In this document: positions 50,965 to 63,460 of the stretch, piece by piece
Layout of the letters: each line of letters begins with the position of its first letter
How positions within the stretch are numbered: position 1 is the first letter of the stretch
Assembly: GCA_002269645.1 (NCBI GenBank)
Contig: NIVC01000089.1
Location: forward strand, 434,001 to 498,000
DNA length: 64,000 nucleotides
From: Macrostomum lignano
Lineage: Eukaryota
Direction of reading: 5' to 3'
Made by a program: the position numbers and the translations under genes
Notes under the pieces: generated by a model
What the model was told of the DNA's origin: nothing
Databases searched by the model: none
Seen by the model: the letters and a program-made list of their open reading frames with translations, nothing else

Positions 50965-52201
50965 GGTCGGGCTGTTGACCAGAAAATGATTTATTGATAT
51001 TATAACTGGTAAACTAGTCGTATAATTAAATAACATTTTAGCTGTCCTTTTAGGGAACTTCAGGAACTACACAACTCTAGGCAAGTAGTAATACCAATTT
51101 TGCAGTCCTGCCTAAGCCCAACTCACACGGATATGCACGCACTCACAAGCAGCATGTACAGAGGACCTGATTTTCTCTTTATTAGCCATGCAGACAGTCG
51201 GCGCCTTTGAGACTGGCTCTAATGGGCTTGAATTGCACAACAAGACCCACCCCTGGGCTAAGTGCAAAAGCTGAATTACGAGTAACTAGGACTAAAATTG
51301 CACAATTAGATATGTACAAGACAGAGTTCAACAATTTTAGCAAAATGTGGCACAAGTTTTATTGCATATAAACATGCTCAAAGTAAATAACATGATAGAA
51401 TCCATAAGTTTACGTGATGCAGTACATGAGCAGCAAGTAACAATGAGCAGTTTCAGTAGCAGTAGTACAATTATCAATATAGAAATGCGTTTGCACGTCT
51501 GGGCATTCTGCGACAGTTTTAAACTATTTCAGTAAGACTACAAATAAAATTCTTAATTAGTCTGTGAATGGGAAGGGTTCTAAATTAAAAAACGAGCACT
51601 ATTAGTAATAGACTACTAAGAGTAGATAAACAGAAAGCTTCGTTTTAACGAATATTTTCCTAAGGACTCGCCTTTCTGCGCAAACCTTGTGATGGCGCCT
51701 GATTGAGAGCTTCATCAACAACACACAACAGCAACATCAACAACAAAGCACGCGGTCGCAAATTTCTTAAACGATAACAGTGTCACAGGGCCTTATAATT
51801 ACTAATTTTTATGTATCTGCTCTATCGCTTCGATTGTTTGTTTTATTTTGACTGTAAAAAAGAATTAGATGTGAATTTATTTGTTCTCATATAGTTTAAA
51901 AGAAAAAACCAAAATGCTGAGGAGTTGATCGCCTGGAATTTAATCACTGCCAGAAATATCAAAGCAAAAACCAGACGTTCATATATTGGCCGTGTACTTT
52001 CTTGGGAAACGCAGGCCCCTCAAAAAAAGTTCTAAAAAACGCAAAGTGTCCATTCCATCCACACTTAGCTTCTAGTGGTCCTTGCGATCGGTGCAGCAGA
52101 CAAATTTACACGCAACTGGGGACCAGTTGACAAGACAAAATGCCAGAGAAAATTGACCCAATAAAAAAGAGCTCAACAGGATGTACAGCCCCGACTGGCA
52201 A

Positions 52202-55200
52202 CTAAATCGGCTGAGCCGCCCACAACTTGAAGGTCCTGTCAAAGCCGCAGGTGACGATAAACCGGCTGTCCGGGGCGATGTCCGCGCACATCAAGCGCGA
52301 CTCGTGCCCACTCAGCTGGTGGATTGGAGTCCAGTTTGGGTGGCTCCACAGCCGGGCACTGCCATCGTAGGAGGCGGTTAGCAGGAAATGGGAGATGCCG
52401 GCTGCGCCAGAGCTGCCTGGCTGGAACAGCACCTGCGGGTGGGGATGGGGAAGACTGAGAAGCTGACAAGGCAGAACAGCAACTGACGAGCTGACAAGGC
52501 TGGCCCAGCAACTGAGGACATGGGAGGCTGGACCAACTGAGGATCTGGGAGACTGGTGGCCCAGCAACTGAGGATCTGGGAGGCTGGCCCAGCAACTGAG
52601 GATCTGGGAGGCTGGCCCAGCAACTGAGGATCTTGGAGGCTGACCCAGCAACTGAGGATCTGAGAGGCTGACCCAGCAACTGGGGATCTGGAAGGCTGGC
52701 CCAGCAAATGGGGATCTGGGAGACAGACCCAGCAACTGAGGATCTGTGAGGCTGGCCCAGCAACTGGGGATCTGGGAGACAGACCCAGCAACTGAGGATC
52801 TGGGAGGCTGGCCCAGCAACTGAGGATCTGGAAGGCTGGCCCAGCAACTGAGGATCAGGAAGGCTGGCCCAGCAACTGGGGGTCTGGGAGGCTGGCCCAG
52901 CAACTGAGGATCTGGAAGGCTGGCCCAGCAACTGACACTCTGGGAGGCTGGCCCAGCAACTGAGGATCAGGAAGGCTGGCCCAGCAACTGGGGATCTGGG
53001 AGGCTGGCACAGCACCTGAGGATCTGGGAGGCTGGCCCAGCAACCGGGGATCTGGGAGACAGACCCAGCAACTGAGGATCTGTGAGGCTGGCCCAGCAAC
53101 TGAGGATCAGGAAGGCTGGCCCAGCAACTGAGGATCTGGGAGGCTGGCCCAGCAACTGAGGATCTGGAAGGCTGGCCCAGCAACTGAGGATCAGGAAGGC
53201 TGACCCAGCAACTGGGGATCTGGGAGGCTGGCCCAGCAACTGGGGATCTGGGAGACAGACCCAGCAACTGAGGATCTGGGAGGCTGGCCCAGCAACTGGG
53301 GATCTGGGAGGCTGGACCAGTAACTGGGGATCTGGGATGATGGCCCAGCAACTGGGGATCTGGGAGGCTGACCCAGCAACTAGAGATCAAGGAGTGGCCC
53401 GTGGCGGTTCAGCTAGAATTTGGGTGAAACATACAAAAATCAAAAGTCCAACCTTGGAGACGTTGCTGGTATGCGCAGGCACAGTGTACAGGCAGACTTG
53501 CTTGCGTAGATCCCACAGCTTGGCCCCATTGTCTTCTGAGCCCGTCGCCATGTGATGCCCGTTGGGCGCGAACGCCACTGAGAGGACGCTGCGCTGGTGG
53601 CCTTCCAGCAGCATCACACAGCGACCGTTGCGGAGGTCCCAGACGCGGCCGAAGCTGTCCAGGCCGCCAGTCAGCGCCAGGCTGCCGTCGGGGTGAAATG
53701 CGATGTCGTACACCTCCTTGCTGTGGCCCTCCTGGTGCAGGATTTCATCGCCGGCCTCGAGATCCCAGAGGCGCCAGGAGTAGTCGAATACGCAGGTGCC
53801 CAGGAAGCGGCCGGACGGGTGCCAGGCCAAGCGGCTGACCCTGGATGGAGCCGCGAAGGGGGAGGGGGTAATCAATGGAATGAGGGCAGACCAAATCGAA
53901 ATTGAATGGGTAATGAGACGCGAATAAACAAAATGAGGCGGTAATGAACCAGATGAGGAATTAATGAACCAGATGAGGCATTAATGAACCAGATGAGCAT
54001 TAATGAACCAGATGAGAAAGTGATGAACCAGATGAGGCATTAATGAACCAGATGAGAATGTAATAAACCAGATAAGGCATTAATGAACCAGATGAGGCAG
54101 TAATGAACCAGATGAGGCATTAATGAACCAGATGAGGCAGTGATGAACCAGATGAGGCATTAATGAACCAGATGAGAAAGTGATGAACCAGATGAGGCGG
54201 TAATGAACCAGATGAGGCAGTGATGAACCAGATAAGGCAGTAATGAACCAGATAAGGCAGTGATGAACCAGATGAGGCGGTAATGAGCCGGATGAGGCAT
54301 TAATGAACCAGATGGGGCGGTTATAAACCAGACGAGGCATTAATAAACCAGATAATATGTCAGCAGCACTAGCCAGCCACAAAAAGACCCGCACCTATAC
54401 GGTTCGTGGCCATCCAGCTCAGCATAGGGGGATTCGCTGTCCAAAGACCAGAGCTTCACAGCGCCATCCAGAGAGCTGGACGCTAGCGCAACCGGGCCAG
54501 CCTCAGGCGTGGTGGCCTTCGGATGCCAAGCTACACAGCAGGCGTTGGTTTTGTGGCCGCGCAAAGTGAGGGCCAGCTCGCACTCGGGCAGGCGCCAGAC
54601 CTGACAGAGGCCGGACCAGCTGCTGACAGCCAGCTGGGAGCTGTCTGGCGACACCTGGCAGTAGCTGAGCGGCCTCGAATCGCCAATTTGGCTGGCCTGG
54701 ATGGCGAACGAGCGCAGATTGTTCTGCCATTCCATGTGGCGAGCTTTGCGCACCGAGTCCGGCGTATTGGCGTAGTAGGCTCGAGCGGCATCTAGGCGAG
54801 CGCGGGCCCTGGGCAGCGAGTACTCAGCCAGCCACAGCCGGCCGGTCTGCAATGTAACGATTGCATGGCAACCAGGTAAGTGGCTATGGCAACAATCTAC
54901 CGAAATTTTCGGGTAACTAAATATTTTACTCTTAGTTTGTATTTTTAGTATATGGAAGTGTGCGGTGAGTAGCCGGTTGTAAGTGTACGGTGAGTGGCCG
55001 GTTGTAAGTGTACGGTGAGTGGCCGGTTGTAAGTGTACGGTGAGTGGCCGGTTGTAAGTGTACGGTGAGTGGCCGGTTGTAAGTGTACGGTGAGTGGCTG
55101 GTTGAAAGTGTACGGTGAGTGGCCGGTTGTAAGTGTACGGTGAGTGGCTGGTTGTAAGTGTACGGTGAGTGGCCGGTTGTAAGTGTACGGTGAGTGTCTG

Positions 55201-58200
55201 GTTGTAAGTGTACGGTGAGTGGCCGGTTGTAAGTGTACGGTGAGTGGCCGGCTGTAAGTGTACGGTGAGTGGCCGACTGTAAGTGTACGGTGAGTGGCCG
55301 GTTGTAAGTGTACGGTGAGTGGCCGGTTGTAAGTGTACGGTGAGTGGCCGGTTGTAAGTGTACGGTGAGTGGCCGGTTGTAAGTGTACGGTGAGTGGCCG
55401 GTTGTAAGTGTACGGTGAGTGGCCGGCTGTAAGTGTACGGTGAGTGGCCGGCTGTAAGTGTACGGTGAGTGGCCGGTTGTAAGTGTACGGTGAGTGGCCG
55501 GTTGTAAGTGTACGGTGAGTGGCCGGTTGCAAGTGTACGGTGAGTGGCCGGTTGCAAGTGTACGGTGAGTGCCCGAAAATGTCGAAATCTCAGCCACTAG
55601 TAGTGTGGTAGTTTCTAGCGGGCCAACTGCAGCGCGCCAATCCAAAATTGAAAATGAGGCAGAGTGTGCAGAATGAAACTCGTACACCTGTACTCCGACT
55701 CAAGCACCATAAGTACAAAACTGACCTTCAGCGCTTCCGGGCCCTCGTGATACCACAGCTCCTTGTTGATGGCCGCACCGCTAGCAGACGTCGAGGCTCC
55801 AGCTGTTGACGCGGCGGCTTCGGAGTCGCCAGCGGAGTCGGACGCTCCGGCAGGACGCTTGCGAATCGCAGACTCGCCGTGCAGGACAATCAGAGTCTTC
55901 AGGCGTTCTCGACGATCGGCTGCATCTTCGCCAAATAGGCAGATCGGCTCTCCAAGCTGGCGCAGGTAGGCGCGCACTTCGCGATCGTCTGTTGACACCT
56001 GGATGATGGGCAGGTGGCTGATTGCTTATCTGAGCTACGTGTATACATGCTGCAAATGTATTACTGGGGTTTTAGCCTAGTGGCCAGAGCGTCAGACTCG
56101 CGACTGAAAGGTCGGGAGTTCGATTCCCGATCCCACTGGAACAATTTTGTCCTTGAGTAAGACACGCATTGCTTCAGTTCACCCAGCTGTAAAATGGGTG
56201 CCAGCATTAGCTGGGGCAATTGGGGGTGTGTGTGGCGACCCCCCCCCCTGCCTTGGACTGAACAGCTGCGGCTGAGCTGTCGGTTGCACATCTGCCCCAT
56301 TAGGGCAGGTGTCAACAATTATGATTAATATTATCATTATTAATATATGTATTACGGAAGGTTAGAACTACTTTAACTAACCAACCAGAGAACTATCAGC
56401 TAGACGTCACCAGGCAAAGCATATCAGTCATCAAAGGAGAAGATTCTAAACGAATCCCCTTTCACTCAAACTTTTCTCGACTTGCTTGACTAAAAATCAG
56501 GAAAAAGTATCTGAGAAGCAGTTAAATAATTACAGATATCTGGTTGCTTTTGCTCCAGAGAGGAACGAAAGATGTACTCAGGAAGCCAGAAATTTCTATT
56601 TTTTCATGACAAATGAGTTTTTCAGCCAACATGTAGGAAATATTAACGCTTTAAGCAATTGTTTAATTTGCCAGATCAACAAGAGGTCGTGCGGCAGGTT
56701 ACCCAACCGAACCAACTTTCTCAACCACAGCCTACGCCCGGCAAACAAGAACTAGACTAGAACTAGATGCACTAGTTCAAATAAGGTTTCCCAGTTCAGA
56801 ACCCATCATCCAGATGAATGGCAGCGCTTGGAGCGGATCTCTCCTGAACGAATGAGGCGTATTTACACCCCGACAACAGCAAACGTCTCCAGGTACAGCA
56901 TCAATAATCGTACTGTTGTGGCGCGCAGATTGAATATTGAATATTTCCACGTGCATCAGTCGTTGTATCATATTCATGATACATTGTATTTAACTGTCAT
57001 TCTGTCAATCACTTCAAGCATTACCATACATGCGCAACCTCTAAAATTCGGTCGGCCATGCGACTTAGTTTTAACAAAAATGCGACGTAGTTTTTGGCCA
57101 AAAATGCGACTTACATGTAATAAAAACCCTAAAGCAAATTAACGCAACTTTGGGTAAACGGCAGGAGTAACTATGACTGTCTTATTAGGTCAAAATGCCT
57201 CGTCAGCTACTTTAGTTATACTATTTTGGTATTTTTCGGGTGGGCATTTTTGCGACTTCCTTGATTGGCTGCCAAATCGGTCGGCCGGATCGGCCAACTC
57301 GGCCGACTGTTGCGCATGTATGAGCATTACGCAACATATTTAAGCCAAGTTAATTGTTCTACTATATACGCACCACGAGCATGATTAATAAACAGTATAA
57401 ATACGCTCGTATACAGCAGTGGAGTCAGTTGAGATTCCAAAATTCTTACTTGCATTAAAAAATCCACGCGTTCAAGACACCAACACATACCAAACGAAAA
57501 ATCTTTGATTTTCTCGTAGCTCCCCTTGCAACGCAAAACGCAATTCATAACTTGTACTCTTTCCTCTTATCTAAGCTGTGGAGAGCTTTATGCTGTTGCA
57601 GCCCTAAGCCCTTCCACAATACGTTGGCTGGAGGAAAAACTTGCTAACTGCTCGCTCTTAAAACTTTTGCCCACCTCCTCATCTTTCAGAAGCCGTTTCT
57701 TCACCCCCCTCCTCCACAGAAATTTCATTAACTTCTGTCTCAAGAGAGCTGTGACTATGAGCAGTACAGGTAATAGTAGGAAAGCTTGAGGGGGGTAGTG
57801 GAAAGAGAAACACAGGGTCGAAATCGCTACAGCTGTCTTTGAGTCTCTGAAGGAACCTCACCCGATCCTCATTTACAATACATACATACCAGTTAATTTT
57901 CGACCAACTGCTTATTGCTACAGTTGATAAGCTCAGAACTTCGAGCAATAGTAGCTTCTCCATATCATTCATTTAATTCCCTACAATGTAATGTTGCATC
58001 GCGTCCACTGTAATGTATAAAATCTTCAGCATTGTTGCATTGAGATTCATAAATTTGTTTGCGTTTCATCATGTCGTTTACATGGTGTAGAATCTAGATA
58101 TACGAGAGCAGAGAGGAGTGAAAGAGTGCACAACTTGATGTGTTTTCTAAATAAAATATTAATCGCGCTTTATCACATCATTTCCATCGGGTTGAACAAG

Positions 58201-58858
58201 GGTTGTAAAACTTGAAGTCAAGAACCTTGCGGCAGCTGTCATAATGATTAGTTATTATGCCTGATTAATTCAGAGCGTTAATTTCTACCTGGGGCAAAGT
58301 TTTGCATGCACTGAGCCCGTCGAGGTTAAACGTAGCTGGTGACCTGGTGAGACTACTGAAAACTATTTTTATTGTACAAATTACATTCAAATTCGTTTAT
58401 TGTAAATTTGTCCTATCGGTAGACAATTTTGGTAGATTAAGCAAGCGGCAAGATAAAGTGTTGGAATTAAGTCGAAATCATCGACCTTGTTATTGTTAGT
58501 ATTGCCATTCCTTTGATAATATGGAATTAATGAGATCATGGAGAGAGTGAAGCATTTTTCTAAAAGACCCCTGTTGACAAGAACTCCCAGAAAACCAACT
58601 CAATATTAACCTACACATTAAGAAACGCAGCAGGATTTTAATACTTATTGAAAATCCCCAGTACTAAGAGTTCGCACGCACCTGAATCTGTCTAGTCTTG
58701 CGACGCAGCTCAACTAACGCCAGCATTTCTCGCCGGCTCTCGCTCTGCTCCGGCGGCTGCGAGGCGACGCCGTCAAGCAGGGCGCTGCCTAGGGGCACAT
58801 CAATTGCGCCAGATTTTATGCTGTCCCGAAGGATGGACATCTGCTGGCCGCTGGACAT
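52202..58858 (-). CDS. PRPF4: U4/U6 snRNP protein Prp4 (PRP4 domain + WD40 repeats), 506 aa
   Basis: Exons 58858-58682, 55998-55726, 54846-54395, 53840-53453 and 52432-52202, all GT-AG and in frame. Hallmarks: [69 protein letters not shown]. Confidence 0.96.
52485..53385. repeat. 28-bp minisatellite in PRPF4 intron 4
   Basis: Unit GGCTGGCCCAGCAACTGAGGATCTGGGA, about 32 copies. Confidence 0.95.
53942..54355. repeat. 20-bp minisatellite in PRPF4 intron 3
   Basis: Unit TAATGAACCAGATGAGGCAT, about 20 copies. Confidence 0.95.
54960..55572. repeat. 25-bp minisatellite in PRPF4 intron 2
   Basis: Unit CGGTGAGTGGCCGGTTGTAAGTGTA, about 24 copies. Confidence 0.97.
56066..56345 (+). mobile_element. 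tRNA-derived SINE in PRPF4 intron 1
   Basis: A box TAGCCTAGTGG, B box GAGTTCGATTCCC, body GTCCTTGAGTAAGACAC...CACCCAGCTGTAAAATGGGTGCC, AT-rich tail. Second copy at 17910-18128. Confidence 0.8.
57025..57322. mobile_element. hAT-type MITE
   Basis: 14-bp TIR CATACATGCGCAAC/GTTGCGCATGTATG and a perfect 8-bp target duplication AGCATTAC (57017-57024 and 57323-57330). Confidence 0.88.
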
Positions 58859-60411
58859 GGCTGCTCTATTGCTGAAAAGTGGTTGCGGAAGACATTTAGC
58901 CGCCTTTCCTATTATTACCCGATAAAAAGTCCCTAGGCCAAGAATACTTGCTTCGCCCGAGATTCGTTTCAGATGACATGAGGCTAAACAAGTCTAAAAT
59001 GACAAACTGTAATGGTACAAGTCGCTAAAAAGTGACCAAAGAGTTTCCCAAAAGTCACTTTGAAGCATTTTGTTGTCGCGACTCTAGTGACTCTGAGGCG
59101 ACCGTCTCACTTCGAAGCACATTTGCATTGCTATGTAGCTCATATTAGAGTCACATCTCTGGCGGTTCTCCAGTCGCGAAAAAGAAGCGCTTTAGCTTAA
59201 GCCAACACAAAAATTCTTGAACGACTTTTTCAGGACTCATTTCTAAATTCTACAACTCACGTGACGCGCCTGACGCAACAGTCGTCTCTCCATCGCATAG
59301 GATGCGTTTAAGACGTTAAAAAGTCACCAAAGTCACCCAAAAGTCGCTAGAGTCACTAAAGAGATATTTGCAACAAATTTTAGGCGAATCTTGTTGTATT
59401 GTCTTTTCAACAGGCTAAAAACAAACTAAGAAATACTGTTTTCTACAAAAACATCACTGCATCAAAAAAATAAACGCAGTTCACTTGTAACAAGGATTTG
59501 AAACAACAAAAGTGACTGATGATTTTGGTGGGCATGGGCACCACTATCTGGTTTTTATGAGCATTTGAAGCACAGTGCCATTTGTCATCCTGTGTGACCT
59601 ACTACATTTAGTATGCCACATAAAAAGGATCAAGCTTGCGCAGCAAATGTTAAAAAATTTAAATATTTTAAATTATAGGATATTTGCATAAATATTTTCT
59701 TCTACAATTTTAGTCATCTTCATTCTTGAGCAAAAGGTTATTTGAAATCTAATAACATTATTAATACTTCAAAAAATATTACATTATGAAATAAAGATTA
59801 GAACTCAAACTTAATATAATATATAATATAATATATATATAAGTTTTAAAAACCAAAAGTCAAAATTTAGAATACCAAAATTTAAGTTGGTCATCTTGAT
59901 GAAAATGGAATCTAGGGCAAATGTTTTGAAGCCACTTAAATCACCCTACTCCCAGAGTTACTTCAAAGTTTCTACAAATAACATAATCAAAATAGCCTAA
60001 AAGAAATGACTTAAGACAACTCTAGGCCACTTGATATTAGAAAAACAAACTCTTTATACCAAGTAAAATTCATGCAAAATGCCAAATATTTTATCTTTTT
60101 TTGTCAAAAAAATCACAGAAAATTTTTTGTTATAAATATATAGGAGAGGAAATGGTAATGGATGGTAATAATTATCTTATGAGCCGTTTAATAAGACTCA
60201 AACAATTCAACCTATACATTCTTAGAGCCTTTGAGCTAGGAGTGAGTTATTCATTTTTGAAGTTGAAGAACCATTTGAAGAAATTACTGAGAAGGAATTA
60301 GGAAGCAATCCAAAGAGAGATACTAAGAGTTGCATTGTGACCCTCTGATCCCAATATTGCCCAGGTTGGAAAAAGTATATATATAATAAAGATTGCTTAG
60401 GCTAGAAAATT

Positions 60412-60690
60412 ACTAGAATGCTACTAGAACATTACCAGAATGCTACCAGAACATTACCAGAATGCTACTAGAACATTACCAGAATGCTACCAGAACATTA
60501 CCAGAATGCTACTAGAACATTACCAGAATGCTATCAAAATATTACTAGAATGCAACCAGAACATTACCAGAATGCTACCAGAATATTACCAAAACTTTAC
60601 CAGAATGCTACTAGAACATTACTAGAATGCTACCAAAATATTACCAGAATGCTACAAGAACCAAAAATAAAGTTACCAGAACAGCTACCA
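60412..60690. repeat. 22-bp tandem repeat (CCAGAATGCTACTAGAACATTA)
   Basis: About 12 degenerate copies. Confidence 0.9.
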
Positions 60691-60900
60691 GAAATGCACT
60701 ATAATTAAATCAAAGGCATTCTAAGAAACACATATGTAGGCTTATAATTACTATTTAGAGACCTGTTACAAATTGGTGGCTTAATTGTGGGATTAAATTC
60801 AATAGGCAGAAATAAGTCCTGCAACGTTTAATATGTTTAATGCAAAAAAACTTAAAATCTCAATAAAAACTTGAATTATTATCTTATCTAATCATAAATA

Positions 60901-61648
60901 TGCTGTGTCTCAACCTAATGGCCGCTGGACAGGTCAGGGTTCGGGTCCTCCTGCCTAAGACACCCCGGTCCCAGCCCTCTACCCCGGCTACTCCTATGCA
61001 CCCTTCACTCGGCTTGGCGAGAGTTCGCCAGACCGATCACCCTGGTATCAGTGAGAGTTCACTGGCCCCAGGTCCCTACAGATCCTAGCCCCACCCGGCA
61101 ACCTAGGAGAAGAAAGCACGCGCTCATCTCTGTGTTACAGACTTATTTGCGAAGCATTTATTGGCGAAGCATTTATTGGCACAAAGCAGAATAATCAGCG
61201 ATTGTGGGAGTCACAAGTTATTAGCTTGCAGAGAGCAAGTTTGCAGAGGGACGCCGATGGATGGATGGGATAGAATATAAACAAAAAAGAAAGAAAGAAA
61301 TGTGGAGTGCAGCACGCTCAGGGCTAGCCCTTAAATAATATAACACAAAAAAGGGGGAAGGGGTGGGGCAGAATGGAGAGGGCAAGCCAAACCCTGGGGC
61401 CCAGCCAGCTTATCAGCCAGCCAGCCAATATGAGCAGCCCCAGGGTAAGGCGGGCAAAGAGGGAGGGGGTAGGGTCAGCATCAGTACCCAGATTGGACAG
61501 AAGTTGGGCCGGGGGCTGGGTGCAGAAAGGGGTAGGCCAGGGTTAAGGCTTATGCCTCTCACAAACCCTGGCACGGGCGCGAGACAGGGGACAGGGCGGG
61601 GTGGCAAGAAAACTGAAAACACAATCACTAGAAGGGTGCAGCCCAACA
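60901..61648 (-). mobile_element. Probable solo LTR
   Basis: GC-richer 748-bp island in AT-rich DNA with TG...CA ends. Duplicated CCAATAAATGCTTCG (polyA-like) on the minus strand. Only a 3-bp ATA flank match. Confidence 0.45.
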
Positions 61649-63159
61649 ATATATTAATAATATCTAATCTTTAGCTTTTACTTAAGCTAAATACTTAAAA
61701 TAGGCCTAGTTATTTTACTTTTTATTATCACTCATAAGAAAGTCTTTATTTGCTTTAATATTAATAATAATATGAAGAAATAAATGATATTACCAAGATT
61801 TATAGTCATGGAAACTCTGGCTCATCTGTGTGTGACAATGATAGCTAGACAATTAAGATTTAGAATGACTAAAAGCTTTAAGACAAAGACTTAAAGACTT
61901 AGAAACAAATACTTAAAAACTCAAAAGTTAAGAAGATAAAAAGGTTTTTTTGAAAAATAGACCATTTTTCTCGTGTACTTAGGTAGGATATTTGGCACAA
62001 AATGAGAAATGAGGGTCATTGGCATTGGGTGCCATTGGCATTGGGTGCAATACTAATAGAGGGTTTAGATTCCTTCGCTTCTAGACTATAGGCTTAATAG
62101 GTAGCAAGTCAATTTGCCAAAAGTTGATTTGCCAAAAGTAGGTTGTTTTGCTAAAGGTTGTTTTGCTAAAGGTTGTTTTGCTAAAGGTTGTTTTGCCAAA
62201 CAAACAAACAATGAACAAATAAATAAAATGAACAAATAAAGAAATTAAATGTTAAATGCTAGATATAAAATGATAAAATCAATTGATGACCCTATCTATG
62301 AATAAATAAATAAGGTAAAATGTAGAATGTTAAATATTAATATATAAAACCACTTGTTTTATAAATAAAGTGGTAAAATACATGCACATTGTGGCTTACA
62401 AAACAGTAGCCTGAAATTATAGAGTTTGCTGCATAGTAAGCCAATCTCAATTCATTATTCATAATTCATAAAATATAAAGTAATAGTTTTATATTATTGT
62501 ATTGCTTGTTTATCTGAAAATGTCTTTCTCAAGAAGGAAAAGTGTCTTACAATATATGTTGGCTCAACTGTTATATAGCATGCATATGTGGCAGTTGTAA
62601 TACAAAAAATTATTCTCCCCATATTTCAATATATAAAAATGAAACACTGTGTATCTGTGTGTGTGTGTGTCTATGTATATATTCGCTATGGACTCTTAAA
62701 TGGTAAGTCGTAAAAAGATGGGACTTAAACTAATAGACACAAATTTTTACGGGGAATGCTTTAGGCTAATAAAAATAGGGGTCCTAACTAAAGAAATGGC
62801 TAAAAATGGCCTAACACCTGTTTTTTCCTCTCAGTAATGTATTTTTGCTTGCAGAGACTAAAAGCTATGTTTATAGTCGATTTCTCTCTGGCTGAGGCTA
62901 AGAAAACAAGCTACACATACATAGAGTGCTAACATTAAATAGCATTTACCACTGCTTTATTAATGCACATTTTAAGTTTGAAGTTAGCTTTTTTCCTTAA
63001 GACTATACTCATAGGCCTAACAACAATTGATATGGAATAAAGTTCTTGATAGTTTAGCTTTTATGCTTCCCAAAAAGGGCACTCTTAGAAAGATATTAGC
63101 AGTTGCTAGAAGGCTTAGACAGGCAAGAGATAATGAATCAAAAGAAGCAAGAGAGCAGT

Positions 63160-63460
63160 GGCAAGCTGCTAACAGAGCTTGCTCAAATGTCAGCTACTTG
63201 AAATTTAGAAACGACAGTGCAGAGAGAACAAAGACTAGCTGCTAACAGAGCTCAAATGTTAGCTGCTCAAAATTAACAAATGATAGCATAGAGAGAACAA
63301 AGACCAACTGTTAACAGAGCTCAAATGTCAGCTGCTCAAAATGAAGAAACAACAGCATCAGAGAGAACAAAGACTAGGCCTAGCTACTAACAGAGCTCAA
63401 ATGTCAACTGCTCAAAATGAATAAATAATAGCACAGAGAGAACAAAGACAAGCTGCTAAC
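63160..63460. repeat. Degenerate ~62-67-bp tandem repeat
   Basis: TAACAGAGCTCAAATGTCAGCTGCTCAAAAT...GAGAGAACAAAGACT recurs 4-5 times. Confidence 0.8.

Noticed and set aside
52239-53390. Long Pro/Gln/Ser repeat ORFs (383 aa and others)
   Set aside because: Read-through of the 28-bp intronic minisatellite; the PRPF4 alignment is complete without them.
53942-55572. Splice-junction origin for the 20-bp and 25-bp PRPF4 repeats
   Set aside because: Only short partial matches (e.g. ACCGGCC) to the flanking junctions; not convincing.
54932-55687. [10 protein letters not shown]... repeat ORFs in all three minus frames
   Set aside because: A 25-bp repeat lacking stops inside PRPF4 intron 2.
56066-56140. 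tRNA gene
   Set aside because: Has A/B boxes but continues into a SINE body and tail; the second copy at 17910-18128 is internally deleted.
63027-63245. 72-aa ORF
   Set aside because: Non-ATG start, overlaps a degenerate tandem repeat, no recognisable motif.
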